Origin: Yuukianura sp. NJ FZ-2021
Lineage: Eukaryota
Assembly: GCA_046563655.1 (NCBI GenBank)
Contig: CM102288.1
Span: 3,658,001 to 3,722,000, forward strand
Direction: 5' to 3'
DNA length: 64,000 nucleotides
In this document: positions 63,101 through 64,000 of the stretch, in pieces
How the letters are laid out: the number at the start of each line of letters is the position of its first letter
Numbering within the stretch: the stretch's first letter is position 1
The notes under the pieces: generated by a model
What the model was told of the DNA's origin: nothing
The model's input: the letters and a program-made list of their open reading frames with translations, nothing else
Database searches by the model: none
Position numbers and translations under genes: made by a program

Positions 63101-64000
63101 AGTTTCTTCAACAACACACTTTTATGATTTTGGCAACAAAAAAGATAAAAAAAAACAGCAGAGTCTCATCTGGGTCCAAAACTGAATCACTGGAGAAAGC
63201 AAGAGAAAGTTCCACTTTTCCAAAAAGTCTAAAAACTTATCTTTTTTATTCTCTTTGTCGTAAATACACTAATCCAATTATTATTTCTTTCTCTCCTCGA
63301 CTTTGCTTTTGCTTTCTTTTTTACCAAGAACCACTTTGGCACTAGTCCCACTTATTCTCTTCATAACTTAACAAAAATTCTGCACCTTACTGAGTTTAAA
63401 GGAAAAAAGCACTTTCCTCTCTCACCGTCTCCAAATCATAATTCATAATTAGAAAAAATGGAAAGCTTTTAGCCACACTTGCCTCTCTAGACATTACCCA
63501 GCTTGTTTTCTCTTCTTAAAAGAACAAAGAAGGTCAAAGAGAAAAATGTGAAAGGTCAAAGTTGAAGTCTAAATGAGTTTTGGCCCTCTGTTTCGGACAG
63601 GACTTGAGTAATTGTCTATTTTGATGACATGTCGACCTCTTTTGTGAGTCTTAAAACATGTTTTGTTTGAGAATTCTATTGTTGTTCCGACATCCAATTT
63701 TGGGGGACTCGAATTCTCCTTTAAACTACACCGACAAAAAATATTGGAGCATAAAAAAGGAGGAGAAAGTGGAACTAAAATGGTTGTTTTAGTTTTCTCC
63801 TAGTGTAAGATTTTTGTTTGAATTTGGCGGGAGAAAGTGTATTCGGATTCTGAAATCTGAAATCCAATTGGATTTGGTTTCTGTCTCGTTTTTCTATTTT
63901 CACAATTGAAGGTAAAGGAAAAGGTTTGCAGATTTCCATATGTACAGGAACAGAATACAGTCTTCCTTGGGGAATTTAGAGAGCGAGATGAAACAACATA

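Noticed and set aside
1..64000. tRNA, rRNA, snoRNA, autonomous transposase/RT genes or horizontally acquired bacterial genes
   Set aside because: None recognised. All identified genes are intron-containing animal families, although small ncRNAs could be missed by eye.

Overview
Eukaryotic, AT-rich, intron-dense animal DNA with many ~55-110 nt GT-AG introns. The gene content looks arthropod; a springtail-like hexapod is my guess only. From 0 to 38 kb the window is gene-dense: the first exon of a secreted protein, a SmydA/SMYD-type SET-MYND gene, a neprilysin-like (M13) gene, the bHLH gene Fer2, DRC7/CCDC135, Exo70, a CFAP107/C1orf158-like gene, a tandem pair of D2HGDH genes and a large cordon-bleu-like gene whose first coding exon lies ~10 kb upstream at 48.0-48.2 kb. 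A VEGFR/PVR-like Ig membrane protein with no kinase domain lies at 53.6-57.2 kb, and a hAT-type MITE with an 8-bp target-site duplication lies at 49.5-50.1 kb. The most interesting observations are: (1) one D2HGDH copy has lost the Lys and Tyr that grip the distal carboxylate of D-2-hydroxyglutarate, suggesting a new substrate; (2) the kinase-less PVR-like candidate decoy receptor, which has in-frame stalk microexons; (3) at least 13 perfect AGGTCAAAGGTCA (DR1) 13-mers, several just upstream of 3' splice sites in one orientation; (4) two probable pseudoenzymes. Exon models were read by eye and family calls rest on remembered motifs; no searches were run.
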